Assembly: GCF_963921235.1 (NCBI RefSeq)
Contig: NC_086097.1
Location: 148,616,001 to 148,680,000 of the forward strand
DNA length: 64,000 nt
Direction: 5' to 3'
DNA from: Mobula hypostoma
Lineage: Eukaryota
Below the pieces are notes generated by a model that worked only from the letters and a program-made list of their open reading frames with translations, did no database searches and was not told where the DNA came from. Position 1 is the stretch's first letter; every line of letters begins with the position of its first letter. Positions 11,861 through 24,033 of this stretch are shown here, one piece after another. Made by a program: the position numbers and the translations under genes.

Positions 11861-12801
11861 TTATGAAACACCTTTTCTGCTATCATATGAAATGTGCTCT
11901 ATGTGCCATGTGCTGTGACTGTTGGTACTGTGTTTTGCACCTTGGCCCCAGGGGAACACTGCTTCATTGGGGTGTGTTTTTGTGTATGGTTAAATGACAA
12001 TTAAACTCAAACTTGAATTTGAATCTTCATTCTTATCCTATTTACTGAAGAACGTAAAAATCTGAAACAAGGAAGTAAATGCTCAAAGCACCAACTTTTT
12101 ATGATGTAGTAAAATATGTATTTCATTGGACTATAATCAACAAAAAGGTGATAAGAAGCCAGTCATTCAGTGATGGAATGTGAGAAGAGAATAAAATGTG
12201 CAGTAGCCAGCGTTTATTGTCCATCCTAAGAGGCTCTTGAGAAGATGCTGGTGAGCCTTGCTCTTGGTGCATTGCATTCCCCATAATGAATACATTTGCA
12301 CAATTCAGTGAAACCAAGGAAAGGATTGCAAGATATGCTCACAAATTTGAAATGACTACATATGCTCAAGCTAGAGTATTTGGAGATAATTTTGTTCTTA
12401 TGCACCTTCTCCCCTTGTCCTTCTATTGGATTTAACAGACTATTAAATAAAGCTCAGGTCCTGTTATAAATACCACACTTCTGTTAGAACTGTCACGACA
12501 ATTGGACACAATGTAGCCAGGAAGGATACTGAATGGCTCTGGCTCAGAAAATAATTGATGTGATCACATCAGTATGTTGATTGACTGACCGTGGGGTTGC
12601 TCTTTGATCTCCCAACTTACCAGTTCATAAAACCTAGCACTTGGTCATTTGATACCATTCCCACTAAACTCTGCCCACTCTTCAATCCTTTGAAACGTCC
12701 TTCCACATTTCAAAGAATTTATAATAAAAGAATGAAAAGAAGAACAGAATAAGAATGATAATTTATGGAATTTTGCATGATCCAGGAACTGGGAAATGAA
12801 T

Positions 12802-13025
12802 AGCAACACACATCAAAGTTGCTGATGAACACAGCAGGTCAGGCAGCATCTGTAGGAAGAGGTACAGATGACGTTTCAGGCCGAAACCCTTCGTTAATCC
12901 TAACCTTACTATTAAACCCGCCGATAAGGGGGTTGCTGTTGTAGTCTGGCGTATTCTACTGCTGCGTTCACCAGCAACTTTGATGTGTGTTGCTTGAATT
13001 TCCAGCATCTGCAGAATTCCTGTTG
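12802..13025 (+). mobile_element. Miniature Penelope-like element: inverted pLTR end, 60-bp ORF remnant, pLTR end
   Basis: Ends match the termini of 23353-25807; middle encodes NLTIKPADKGVAVVVWR (PLE DKG motif); TSD ACTGGGAAAYGAAT at 12788-12801 and 13026-13039. Confidence 0.85.
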
Positions 13026-13059
13026 ACTGGGAAACGAATGAAGCATTTTCTGAAACTGA

Positions 13060-13470
13060 TTGAGGATTCAAGCTGTTTAATGTCACCTCCAGTACAAAAG
13101 TGTAAGGGAGAATGAAATAATTGTTACTCTGGCTCCAGTGTAGCACAAAAAAACACAATAAGATAAAGAACACAATAATATTAAAGTGATGCTAGGCACA
13201 AGAGTGTCTTCACATAAGGTGACTGACAGGAAATTAGGAAGTAGCTGTGGTTGGGGTGTGGGGATGTTGATCAGGTTTCTGCTTAGGGAAATTAACTGCT
13301 TTTGAGTTGGGGGGGGTGCGGTCCTGGCATGGATACTGAGTAGCCTCCTCCCTGATGGGAATGGGACAAACAGTCCAGGAGCAAGTCGGGTGGGATATTT
13401 CATGACATTACTGGCTCTTTTCTGGCACTTTTCTCTATGTATGTCGTTAATGGTAGGTATGCTGGTGCCA
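13060..13470 (-). mobile_element. Rex1/Babar 3' fragment
   Basis: ORF 13083-13403 MKYPTRLAPGLFVPFPSGRRLLSIHART resembles the Rex1 C-terminal ...PSGRR... motif. Confidence 0.7.
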
Positions 13471-13599
13471 GTGATAAGACAACTTAACTATTAATGAGAT
13501 AATAAACAGATACTCTGTAAATATGTTGAAAGTACAGTGTCCACTGTTCTTGTTTCATGGAAGCTTTTATAACTCTGAAAGAGCAACAAGTTCTTTCAC

Positions 13600-13995
13600 T
13601 TTACACCGCACGCTGTCGGAGCAGTGTTGCCAGGATAATCAAGGACACGACCCACCCAGCCAACACACTTTTCGTCCCTCTTCCCTCCGGGAGAAGGCTC
13701 AGGAGCTTGAAGACTCGTACAGCCAGATTTGGGAACAGCTTCTTTCCAACTGTGATAAGACTGCTGAATGGAACCTGACCCGGATCTGGGCCGTACCCTC
13801 CAAATATCCGGACCTGCCTCTCGGTTTTTTTGCACTACCTTACTTTCCCTTTTCTATTTTCTAGTTACGATTTATAATTTAAAATTTTACTACTTACTAT
13901 CGATTTGTACTCCAGGGAGCACGAAGCGCAGGATCAAATATCGCTGTGATGATTGTACGCTCTAGTATCAATTGTTTGGCGACAATAAAATAAAG
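13600..13995 (+). mobile_element. Rex1/Babar 3' fragment (same subfamily as 59772-60320)
   Basis: IIKDTTHPANTLFVPLPSGRRLRSLKTRTARFGNSFFPTVIRLLN plus a 3'UTR nearly identical to 59880-60300. Confidence 0.85.
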
Positions 13996-14139
13996 TTCAT
14001 CATTTCATCTGATGCGTGGAATCAGAATCAGAATCAGGTTGGTTACCACTGTCTTATATGTCACGTTTTTCTTTGTTTTCCAGCAGTGCAAAGACCAACT
14101 TGCTATAAATTACAAAATAAAGAAATCCTGACATCCCAG

Positions 14140-14470
14140 CACTTCAAAGTTCAAAATTCAAAGCAAATGTATTATTAAAGTACAGATATTTCACCATATA
14201 CAACCCTGAGATTCATCTTCTTCAGGGTGTACTCAATAAATCTAGATAATAATAAATATAACAGAATCAATGAAAGACTGCATCAACTTGGATAGTCCAC
14301 CAGTCTGCAAAAGCCAACAAACTGTGCAAATACAAAAAGAAAGAAATAACAAAAATAAATAAGTAAGCAATAAATATTGAGAACATGAGAAGAACATGAG
14401 ATGAAGAGCCCTTGAAAATGAGTCCATTAATTGTGGGAACATTTCAATGATGAGGCAAGTGAAGCTGAGT
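14140..14470 (-). mobile_element. Rex1/Babar 3'UTR fragment
   Basis: (ttcaaag)n tail and UTR homologous to 19800-20106 and 58330-58640. Confidence 0.7.
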
Positions 14471-14479
14471 GAAGGTATC

Positions 14480-15200
14480 TCATGGTTCATCCATAGCTTT
14501 GTATTTGGGAAGACTTTGAATGATTTTGGGGGAACACACTCATCCACAACTGTTTTAATAAAGTGTAATTACCACGAGTAATCATTCAGGTCCAGAGATG
14601 ATTCTTTGAACTTGACCCAGTCCACCAATCTGAAGCAATCCCACAGCTGCTCCTCTGCCTCCTCCGAACTACCTCTTCGTTGTCCTAATCTCTGGAGATT
14701 TTCTCTGTATCCTCTGCCTGTATGCAGATAGGAGAAAGGCAGCCAAACCATCTGACTCACAGTCTGGGCATGGAACTGTAGGCATTCCTTATCTTAGTAT
14801 AACAGGATTCTAGCATGTTGAGACGTCTCAATAAAATCCAAATTTGCTTGCATTCTTATACTACTCAGTTAAGTAGTTTTGTTTTGCAGCTTTTGCAGGC
14901 TTTCCACACAGGTACACAGAGAAATGGAACCATCGTAAGGATCTTATGGCAATGATTACCTGTTATCATATTTCATTCCTGATTATGGTGCCATGGAATA
15001 AATTGGGTATTTTACAACATAGGTTTTACACTGATGGTAATTGGGCAGGGTTTTCTTCAAACAAGCCTGGCTGAAGTCTCTTGAATCTGATTTGAAACAC
15101 ATTGCGATGGACTGTTTCTTCTCTGGAAGCGGCGTCATGCAGTTTCTCAATCGCCTGATTAACTTCCTCAGTTCTCCACTGGAATGCCAAATTGGATGAA
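14480..15200 (-). mobile_element. Decayed Rex1/Babar endonuclease-linker fragment interrupted by a ~190-bp insert
   Basis: EAEEQLWDCFRLVDW, CYTKIRNAY and KKTLPNYHQ on the minus strand parallel 60880-61270 ([16 protein letters not shown]). Confidence 0.65.
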
Positions 15201-15514
15201 ATAAAGACAGCTTCTCTCCACAAACTTCTGATTTTACAAGCTCAAGTTTATTACTGGTGAATTTAACAAGCTGTAGTAAAGTTCCTGCTGTAGTTGATGT
15301 CCGCTATTCTTTCAAGAAATGCAATCAAGATTTCTCCTCACCTTCGCCCTCATTTCTTTTTTTAAATCCATGAAGTTTTGTAACCAAACTTATTATCAAT
15401 GGAAGCAAGTATCTTATTTTTCATTATATTGAAGTCCTTCTGAATATGAACTATCAGTGGTAAATCTTGCTATTAAAAAGGTGACATTCCAAAGTTCTCT
15501 AACTTTTCAATGCA

Positions 15515-15760
15515 TGGTATTGTAGCACTTAGCTTACCACAATTATTGCCCTAGCAACATGGATTCAATTTCTTCACTTTGTAAGGCATTTGTACATTCT
15601 GCCTGTGACCGCATAGGATTCCTCCAGGTATCCTGGTTTCCTCACACCTTCCAAAGATTTACGGGTTTGTAGGTGAACTAGTCACATGGGTATAACTGGG
15701 AAGCACAGTTCACTGGGCTGGAAGGTCCTGTTACTGTGCTGTATCTCTAATTAAGAAATA
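15515..15760 (+). mobile_element. V-SINE (HE1-like) relic
   Basis: B-box-like ggattcaattt then V-domain-like tttgtacattct...ggattcctccaggtatcctggtttcctcacaccttccaaaga; A-rich end. Confidence 0.65.
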
Positions 15761-16785
15761 AAATCCAATTTTGCTTACACTCTTATACCATTCTGGTAAA
15801 TAGTTCTGTTTTGCAGGCTCTTCCACAAAGATACACAGAGAAATGGAACAATCATAAGGATTTTATGGCAATGATTACCTGACATCATCTTTCATTCTTG
15901 ATTATGGTGCCATGAAATAAATTGGGTATTTTATAACATTATAGAAGGTTAAGTTGGTGTATCGTGTATACTTTCACTTGTTTCAGATTTCCAGTTCTGC
16001 AGTTTTGGTCTTTGGTTATGGTTACATGTTACAGTCAGCGATGTTATTGTAGGAAAGGAAAGAAGTTATAACAGCAAATGGAGAAGCTTTTTTTTCTGAC
16101 CCAAACATATTTGAGTATTCTTCAATCATAGAAAGGAAGAGAGAGGGCCAATCGAGGGTTATTTTCTGGCATTTCTCTCCCATGAAAACTTAATAGACTC
16201 AAAATAAATTATCTGTATATGATAACCTGTTTAAGATAAACAAACTCGGGCCAATATTTAAAAAGCACACTGAGGGAAAGACCTAATACAAGTGCATAAA
16301 ATGTTTGGGCAAGGAAAGTGCCCGTCGGAAATTGCATGGCATCCCGTGGAGCACAAGGCAGAAAGAGAACAGAATTTATGAGTGAAACAAGAGAAAAATT
16401 GTGAGTCAGGAGAAACAAAAAAAATTGCAAAAATTGACAGTTGAAAGCAATTTAGGAACCAAAAAAGTAAAACGTTCAAAGAAAATGAGAACCATAAAAT
16501 GCTTACAAAGCAATATAAAGATCAACATATTCAGTTTATTCTCTGCATGATTCTGAGGCAGATTCACTGATGGTCTACTTTTATCTAAAATGTTCCTTTA
16601 GAAGGAAAGCCATATTTGTCTTTGTGACTTTGCACATGACACTGAGCCTAGAGTTTGCTTACACTCACTCTCACGTGCACTCTTGCTTGCTCTTATTTTC
16701 AAGAAAATTCAGAAGTTACTAAATTGCTTGGGATGAGGGCTGCTTTCGTGCTTATTGAGCCAGCTGCACGGCTCATTGTGGTGTA

Positions 16786-16826
16786 TTTATGAAGAGCTGT
16801 CATGGATGTGACAGGGTGATGAATTG
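16786..16826. promoter_or_regulatory. Candidate enhancer core: Hox TTTATGA, two Meis sites and a Pbx-Hox TGATNNATKR motif
   Basis: TTTATGA 16786, CTGTCA 16797, TGACAG 16809 and TGATGAATTG 16817 within 41 bp of non-repetitive DNA. Confidence 0.4.
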
Positions 16827-17469
16827 GCCTGTGTGTTTCCTCGGCGCTGTGACTGACTGCTGCATCAGGACCCAGAGGTTCCACAATCCACAATCTATTT
16901 CCCCACAAATAAATGCCTGATCCTCACAGGAATCTCGCACTTTCAGAACATGAGGTCAAAAAATATAGTTAATCCTGAATGCCTAAGGAAAGGATATGTT
17001 TTCCAACCCCCCCCCCCCCCCCAACTAAAAAGCAAACTTAAAGTGCTGGTTCAGAATATCAAAGCCGCAATTGTGAATTGTAGTTGAATTATGGAAAATG
17101 CTTACTGCTAGGACAGCATTACTTTGGGGCAACATTGTGATATTTTGTGAAGGGAAAGGGTGAAAAATTGCTTCTTCTAAATTCATTTCATGGACTTTTC
17201 GAATGGAAGCAACTGCCCTCAATAAGATCATCCCTCGCAACCTTTACTCACTGATAAGTCAGTGCAGAAAATTAGCATTACTTTCCCTTTTTATACAGTT
17301 TTAGGAAAGTTTAAAGTCATCTCAAACTCATGTTCTTCCCAGAAGTTTCATTGTGTTGAAGACGAGAGGGGATGATAACATTCTATGGATTAAGATTGTA
17401 CAGAGTATAGCATTGAATAGCTAGCCACGTACAAATTATAGAAATAATTAGTGTTTAGATAATTTGTTT

Positions 17470-17780
17470 CTCAGCCTTAAACATCACAAAATACTTTGCA
17501 GCTAAGTTAGTACTTTTGAAACATAATCACCAGGTGAAAGAAGAGAATGCTGTAACAAAATTTGCCAAGATCATAATTATATGTATTGCCCTGAGATCTG
17601 AAGGGGTCCACTTAAGTGATTTGGCTGAGTAATGTTGGCAAAGAGACTGAAGCCAACTCCTCTGATCTTTTCAATGAATTTGATGGGAGTTTTCCATCCA
17701 CATGCAATAGAAGACAATCTAATAATGCAATTAAAAACAGCATCTCTATGTATATCACTCACTGAAGCACTCTTAGCAAA
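17470..17780 (-). mobile_element. Highly decayed Deu-domain SINE-like relic
   Basis: Weak similarity to 32830-33150 (tttgcagc...agtacttttgaa...atcac). Confidence 0.35.
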
Positions 17781-19039
17781 GTAAAACACTCCAACATACT
17801 TTTCCAGAGCTATTGTAAAATAAAATCTGCCAGTAAATGCCTAACAATATTCCAGCAATTTGGTCCTAGAGGTAGGTGCTGAACAGTTTCTTAAAGATAG
17901 AATTGGAGGATTAGAGGATTAGAAAGAGAATTAATTAAAGGGCACAATCCCTGTAGTATTGGAGCAATGGATGTCCAGGATTAGAATAGTGAATTCTAGA
18001 AGAAACAAAGCTATGGATGAGACTTTTAGCAGATTAGCTAAGGCTAAAACTAAGAATGATGTTGGCCTTGAGTTGTGTTGTAATTTTTGGAGTGGGACTT
18101 GATCCTAAAACCAGAAATGTATGCACTGAACCAAGTTCACTTATTTTATGCATTATTTAGTATCTGGTCAGGTATTCTCAATGAAGACAGGGGCACATTG
18201 GAAAATCAGCTCTAAAGTTTAATGTATTAAATTTACTGGTCAGGAAATCAGACTTGATAGGGTTAAGAATATCCAAACCATTAAGGGATCATTTCGCATC
18301 AAACTGGGGAATCAGAACTTCTCTTGGACTTTCAATGTGCCTTGTTTTGATTGTCAAAAGTTTACATGTGACAAGCTGACTTTAATTTTTGGGTTCTCCT
18401 ATATAGCTCCGACTGAAATTGGAAAGCAGATACATCCCGATGGAGGGTCTCACCTTGAAGCTTTAACCATCCCTTTGTCTCCACAGGTACCCACTGAGTT
18501 CTTCCAGCAGCTTATCTTTTGTTCCAGATTCCAGCACTGTCTCGAGCCTCCAGATCAGTTATGATGTCCATCCCGAAAGAAAATAATCCATCTAGAAGAC
18601 ATCCTAAATATTACTCATCTGTTAATATATATTGTGCAGTATCAGAAATGAGTTAATACATTGAAATTACTTTCCTTTATCTGTCAATTTAATCAAGATG
18701 ATACCTGTTTCAAAATGATTAGTAGCCTGGTCAAAATATGAAACCGGAATTTGAGGCATTCGCGGAAGGGTTCTGGCTGATACTTGAGCCATTTCAATAG
18801 AACAGTACAACTCATATAATGTCATTGTTTGTGGGACAACCTTGGGTTGTAATTTAGCTGTTTTCCTTTCCTACTTACAACTTCAAGGAGTGCTTCATTG
18901 GCTAGTAGGTACCCTAAGACTTGCAGTTATAGTGTTAGCAACATAAATAAATGCAACATAGATTTTATATTCTGTTTTTAAAGTTTCATTGCATAATTTT
19001 AACCCAAGAATCTCTCAATGAAACATTCTGTAACAAAAC

Positions 19040-20200
19040 AGAGACATAAGAGAGGCTGAAGATTCTGGAAATCTGGAGCAACACACGACATGCTGGAGGA
19101 ATTCAGCAGGTCATGCAACATCTGTGGAGAGAAATGTCTAGACAATGTTTCAGGCTGAATCAAAGGTGGTAATGTATCAGCATATGGGAGGAAGATTGAA
19201 AATCTGTCTGAGTGGTGCCACAACAACGACCTCTTACTCAATATCAGCAAGACCAAGGGGATTATTTTTGTCTTCAGGAGGAGAAAACTAGAGGTCCCTG
19301 AGCCAGTCCTCATCAGATGATCAGAGGTGCAGAGGGTCAGCATCTTTCAATTCCTCGGTTTTATCTATTCAGAGGACCTGTTCTGGGCCCAGCATGTAAG
19401 TGCAATTACAAAGAAAGTATGACAGCACCTCTACTTCCTTAGGAGTTTACGAAGATTCAGCATGATGTCTAAAACTTTGATAAACTTTGATATATGTGTG
19501 GTTGAAAGTATATTGACTGACTGCATCACAGCCTGGTATAGAAACACCCATGCTCTTGAATGAAAAATCCTACAAAGGATAGTGGATACAGCCTAGTCCA
19601 TCACAGGTAAATCCTTCCCACCAATGAACACATCTACAGGGAGCACTGTCCCAGGAAAACAACATCAGGGATCCCTACCACCCAGGTCATTCTCTCTTCT
19701 TATTACTGCCATCAGGAAGAAGGTACAGGAGCCTCAGGACTCACACCACCAGGTTTAGAACCAGTCACTAACCCTCAACCATCAGGCTTTTGAACCAAAG
19801 GGGATAACTTCACTAAACTGCACTTGCGCCATCACTGAAATGTTCCCACAACCCATGTAGTCACTTTCAAGGACTCTTCATCTCATGTTTTCAATATTTA
19901 TAGATTATTAATTTATTAAAATTTCTTTTTTATATTTGTATAGTTTATTGTTTTTTGAACACTGGTTGTGCACCCATTTAGCACTGTTTTTCAATGATGC
20001 TATTATGGTTATTAGATTTATTGAGTATGCCCACAAGAAAATGAATCTCAGGGTTGCATCTATTGACATATATGTACTTTGATAATAAATTTACTTTGAA
20101 CTTTGAGACCCTTCATCAGGACTGAGAAGGAACAGGGCTAAAGCTGGAATAAAAAGGCTGGGGGAATGAGAGGAGCAGGAGCAGAGTCTGGCAAGTAATG
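19040..20200 (-). mobile_element. Penelope-like pLTR fragment whose hammerhead motif is split by a Rex1 insertion
   Basis: tgctggaggaattcagcagg...gtttcaggctga | gacccttcatcaggactg; the two halves rejoin into the pLTR/hammerhead motif. Confidence 0.75.
19159..20106 (+). mobile_element. 5'-truncated Rex1/Babar LINE
   Basis: AYGRKIENLSEWCHNNDLLLNISKTK...LLLPSGRRYRSLRTHTTRF; ends ttactttgaactttga. Confidence 0.85.
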
Positions 20201-20235
20201 TGTGAGGCTGGAGACCAGCAGAGAGTCAATCACCC

Positions 20236-20384
20236 AGTTGTGCTCCTGGCAGATGGGATGGTGAAGCCTTGTTAATTATAGTTGATTTGTCTGACAAAGG
20301 TAGAAATAGAAGTTGTGCTCCTGGCAAACGTTGCAATGAAGCCTTGTTAATTGCAGTTGATTTGTTTGGCAAAGATATAAATAG
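20236..20384. repeat. Two-copy diverged tandem duplication, ~74-bp unit
   Basis: agttgtgctcctggca...gaagccttgttaatt...gttgatttgt...aaataga occurs twice in succession. Confidence 0.85.
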
Positions 20385-21229
20385 AAGGAGGTGAATGAGG
20401 ACCGAGGAGAGAGAAAAATTACAGTGCTGCAACTGTGAGGTACAGATAACAGCAATAGCTGTAAATTGGAAATTAAAGAAAATACTGATAATACCCAATA
20501 AATCAGGGAGCATCTGTGTAGAGGGACAAAAACAGAGCTACTATTACAGCTTGGCGTTCTTTCATCAGAACCAGCCATTGAGTTCAAAATATATTCAACA
20601 ATTTCAAGTTATCAGCATTTTCTTTTTATATGTTTCAAGCACACTGGATTCCTTTGGTAACTTAAGGTAACGGTTCTGTTCCCATTTACACTTACTTGGA
20701 AACTGATCTTTGTTTCATGTCTAATCACTACTCTCTTCCACTTTTCATCTTTTGTCATTTAATTTTCCCTGTCATGGACATTACAGTAGACCTTTATTAG
20801 TCTCTCCAATTTTACTCAGCTTCTTGCATTTTAAACCTGGAGCATTTTAAGTTGCTGAAGCTATTTAGTGTGCAAAGTGATATCTGTGGAGAGGGAAACA
20901 GAAATAATGATCATCAACTTGATTCAGATGTGCCTGGACCTACTGAGCATTTTCAGCAACTTCGCTTTTTATCTTACTTTTTAAAAATTTGTTTTTCTTT
21001 GAATTTCCCCAGTCAAAAATGTTAACTTGTTTTCTTCCTCTAAGGATGTGATGAGTATTTCCAACATTTCCTATTCTGATTTTGGTGCACTGAAGTAAAA
21101 CTAATTTTCCATAAATCCTATACACAACATCACTTATTCATAATCATGTTCACAACTCTGTCAGCAATTTCTATGCATTTGCACACATGTACAGATTAAT
21201 TCTGTATTTGATGTGGTACCACAGTATTA

Positions 21230-23250
21230 CTGGAGAAAAAGGTAAACTTCTGGAAGAAACTAATAGGTCAAGAAACATTAGTTGTGGCAGTGGTAGGTTG
21301 ACACTTCAGTTTGAGATTCTGCGTCAGGACTGAGAGAGTGAAGGAAAGATAACCAGTGTACAGAGGTGAAAGGGAGGGATGAGGTAGAAACTGCTGGGTG
21401 ATGGATGAAATCATTAAGGGAAGCATGATGGGCAGGTGGAACTAGGTGGAGTGGAGATAGGAAAGGTGAACCAAAGTGGTGTGATCCCATTGGAACAGGC
21501 AGAAGTGGCAAAGAATAATGTGCTGAAAGCAGGGTGAAAGGTGAAGACTAAGGAAACTTTATCTCTGCACTAATGGGGTAGAGGGGCAAAAGCTGAGAGA
21601 AGATGTGTAGCAAATGAAGGAAAGGTGTGTGAGGGTTCCATCATCTCAGCATGTTTCCCAAAGAACATGGGAACTTCAGAAGTTCTCGAGTGGCAAGCCT
21701 CATCTGGAGAACAGGTGGAAAGGAGACAGAGAAATTGAAGATGGGGAAAAGCTTTCTTGACGAGAAGAGGTGTAGACTTATAGCAAATAGCAGTTATAGT
21801 TTGTCTCCTGAAGTAGAGTCACAGAGATATAAAGTACCACAACACGGAAGCAGGCCCTTCAGTCCATCTAGTGAATGCTGAACTGCCTAGTCCCATCGAC
21901 CCACACCTGGACTATAACCTTCCATACCCCTCCTATCCATGTACCTCTCCAAACTTCTCTTAAATGTTGCAATCGAACCCACATCCACCACTTTCGAGCA
22001 CAACTCATTCCACACTCAATCCATTCTCTTGAATGAAGTTCATCCTCAGGTTCACCTTAAATATTTAACTTTTCATCTTTAACCTATGACCTCTAGTTCT
22101 AGTCTTATCCAACCATAGTGGAAAAAAGCCTTCTTACTTTTACCTTGTGAACACTCCTCATAATTTTGTATACCTCTAAAAAATCTCCCCTCATTTTCGT
22201 CTGCTCCCGGGAACAAAGTCCTAACCGATTCAACCTTTCTCTAAAACTCAATTCCTCAGTTCCTCATGTCCCGGCAACATCCTTGTAAATTTTCTCTGTA
22301 CTCTTTCAATCTTATTGATAACTTTTCTGCAGGCAAGTGATCAAAACTGCACACAATACTCCAAATTTGGCCTCACCACGATTTAGACATAGGAACATAG
22401 AACATAGAAAACCTATAGCTCAATACAGGCCCTTTGGCCCATGATGTCATGCCAAAAATGTACTTATTTTAGAAATTACCTAGGGTTACCCATAGCCCTC
22501 TATTTTTCTAAGCTCCATGTACCTATCCAACAGTCTCTTAAAAGACCCTATCCGCCTCCACAACCGTCGCCGGCAGCCCATTCCAAGTACTCACCACCCT
22601 CTGCGTAGAAACTTGCCCCTGACATCTCCTCTGTACCTACTTCCAAGCACCTCAAAACTGTGCCCTCTCGTGTTAGCCATTTCAGCCCTGAGAAAAAGCC
22701 TCTGACTATCCACATGATCAATGCCTCTCATCAACTTCAGCATAACATCTCTTGATTTATGAAGACCAATGTGCCAAAAGCTGTCTTTATAATTTACCTG
22801 TGAATCAACTTTCAAGGAATTATGGATCTGTATTCCCAGATCCCTTTTTTTCTACAAGGATGGAGACAGAATGATCCAGAAAAGAAAAAGATGTTTCAGA
22901 AAGAGATATATCAGAAATAGCCAAGAAGCATTTGAGGGCAAGGTGGAGATTGATGGCTAAGGTGAAGAATTTGATGTGTTCTACACGAGTGCAGGTATGC
23001 AGGAAACAGCACCAATGCAATCACTAAGGTGGCAGGGAAAGAATTAGGAAGGGGGTTCAAGAATTGGGGACCTGTTGAGAAACAAGACTCTTCTACAAAG
23101 CAAACAGAAAGATATGTGTACCTGAGACCCACATGCTAGTCTCCATGGCTACACCATTGATTTACAAACAGTGAGAGGAATCAGAAGAGTAGCTGCTGAA
23201 AATAAAACCATAGTATGTCAGGTGAGAGTGTTGATAGAGGAGAACTGGTG
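21230..23250 (-). mobile_element. Old Penelope-like element (pLTR plus RT relic) interrupted by nested CR1s
   Basis: Decayed hammerhead-type motif ~21297-21332; RT relic at 22853-23200 (DCIGA..., IKFFTLAINLHLALK) parallels 24200-24480. Confidence 0.65.
21830..22850 (-). mobile_element. CR1 3' fragment containing a younger CR1 3' end (~22385-22732)
   Basis: CR1 ORF2 C-terminus and 3'UTR; the inner copy has an (AGAACAT)n tail and encodes MRGIDHVDSQRLFLRAEMANTRGHS. Confidence 0.8.
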
Positions 23251-23413
23251 GGTTTTGTTACTAGGTTATGTTACTGAACTGATCTTGCAAAGAAAAAAAT
23301 CAAAACTTTGTTTATCAACTGGAAGACTTAAATTTAGTTAACTTAATTAAATCAACATACATCAAAGTTGCTGGTGAACGCAGCAGGCCAAGCAGCATCT
23401 ATAGGAAGAGGCG

Positions 23414-23451
23414 CAGTCGACGTTTCAGGCCGAGACCCTTCGTCAGGACTA
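23414..23451 (-). ncRNA. Minimal type I hammerhead ribozyme motif (inverted arm copy)
   Basis: Exact reverse complement of 25675-25712. Confidence 0.85.
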
Positions 23452-24033
23452 ACTGAAGGAAGAGTGAGTAAGGGATTTGAAAACTGGAGGGGGAGGGGGA
23501 GATGCAAAATGATAGGAGAAGACAGGAGGGGGAGGGATAGAGCCGAGAGCTGGACAGGTGATAGGCAAAAGGGGATACGAGAGGATCATGGGACAGGAGG
23601 TCCGGGAAGAAAGACGGGGGGGGTGACCCAGAGGATGGGCAAGAGGTATATTCAGAGGGACAGAGGGAGAAAAAGGAGAGTGAGAGAAAGAATGTGTGCA
23701 TAAAAATGAGTAACAGATGGGGTACGAGGGGGAGGTGGGGCCTAGCGGAAGTTAGAGAAGTCGATGTTCATGCCATCAGGTTGGAGGCTACCCAGACGGA
23801 ATATAAGGTGTTGTTCCTCCAACCTGAGTGTGGCTTCATCTTTACAGTAGAGGAGGCCGTGGATAGACATGTCAGAATGGGAATGGGATGTGGAATTAAA
23901 ATGTGTGGCCACTGGGAGATCCTGCTTTCTCTGGCGGACAGAGCGTAGATGTTCAGCAAAGCGGTCTCCCAGTATGCGTCGGGTCTCACCAATATATAAA
24001 AGGCCACATCGGGAGCACCGGACGCAGTATATC

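Noticed and set aside
14880..15010. Duplicated coding exon after a ttttgcag acceptor
   Set aside because: The frames translated (plus strand of the second copy, minus strand of the first) all hit stop codons
17007..17022. Poly-C tract
   Set aside because: Simple homopolymer with no supporting context
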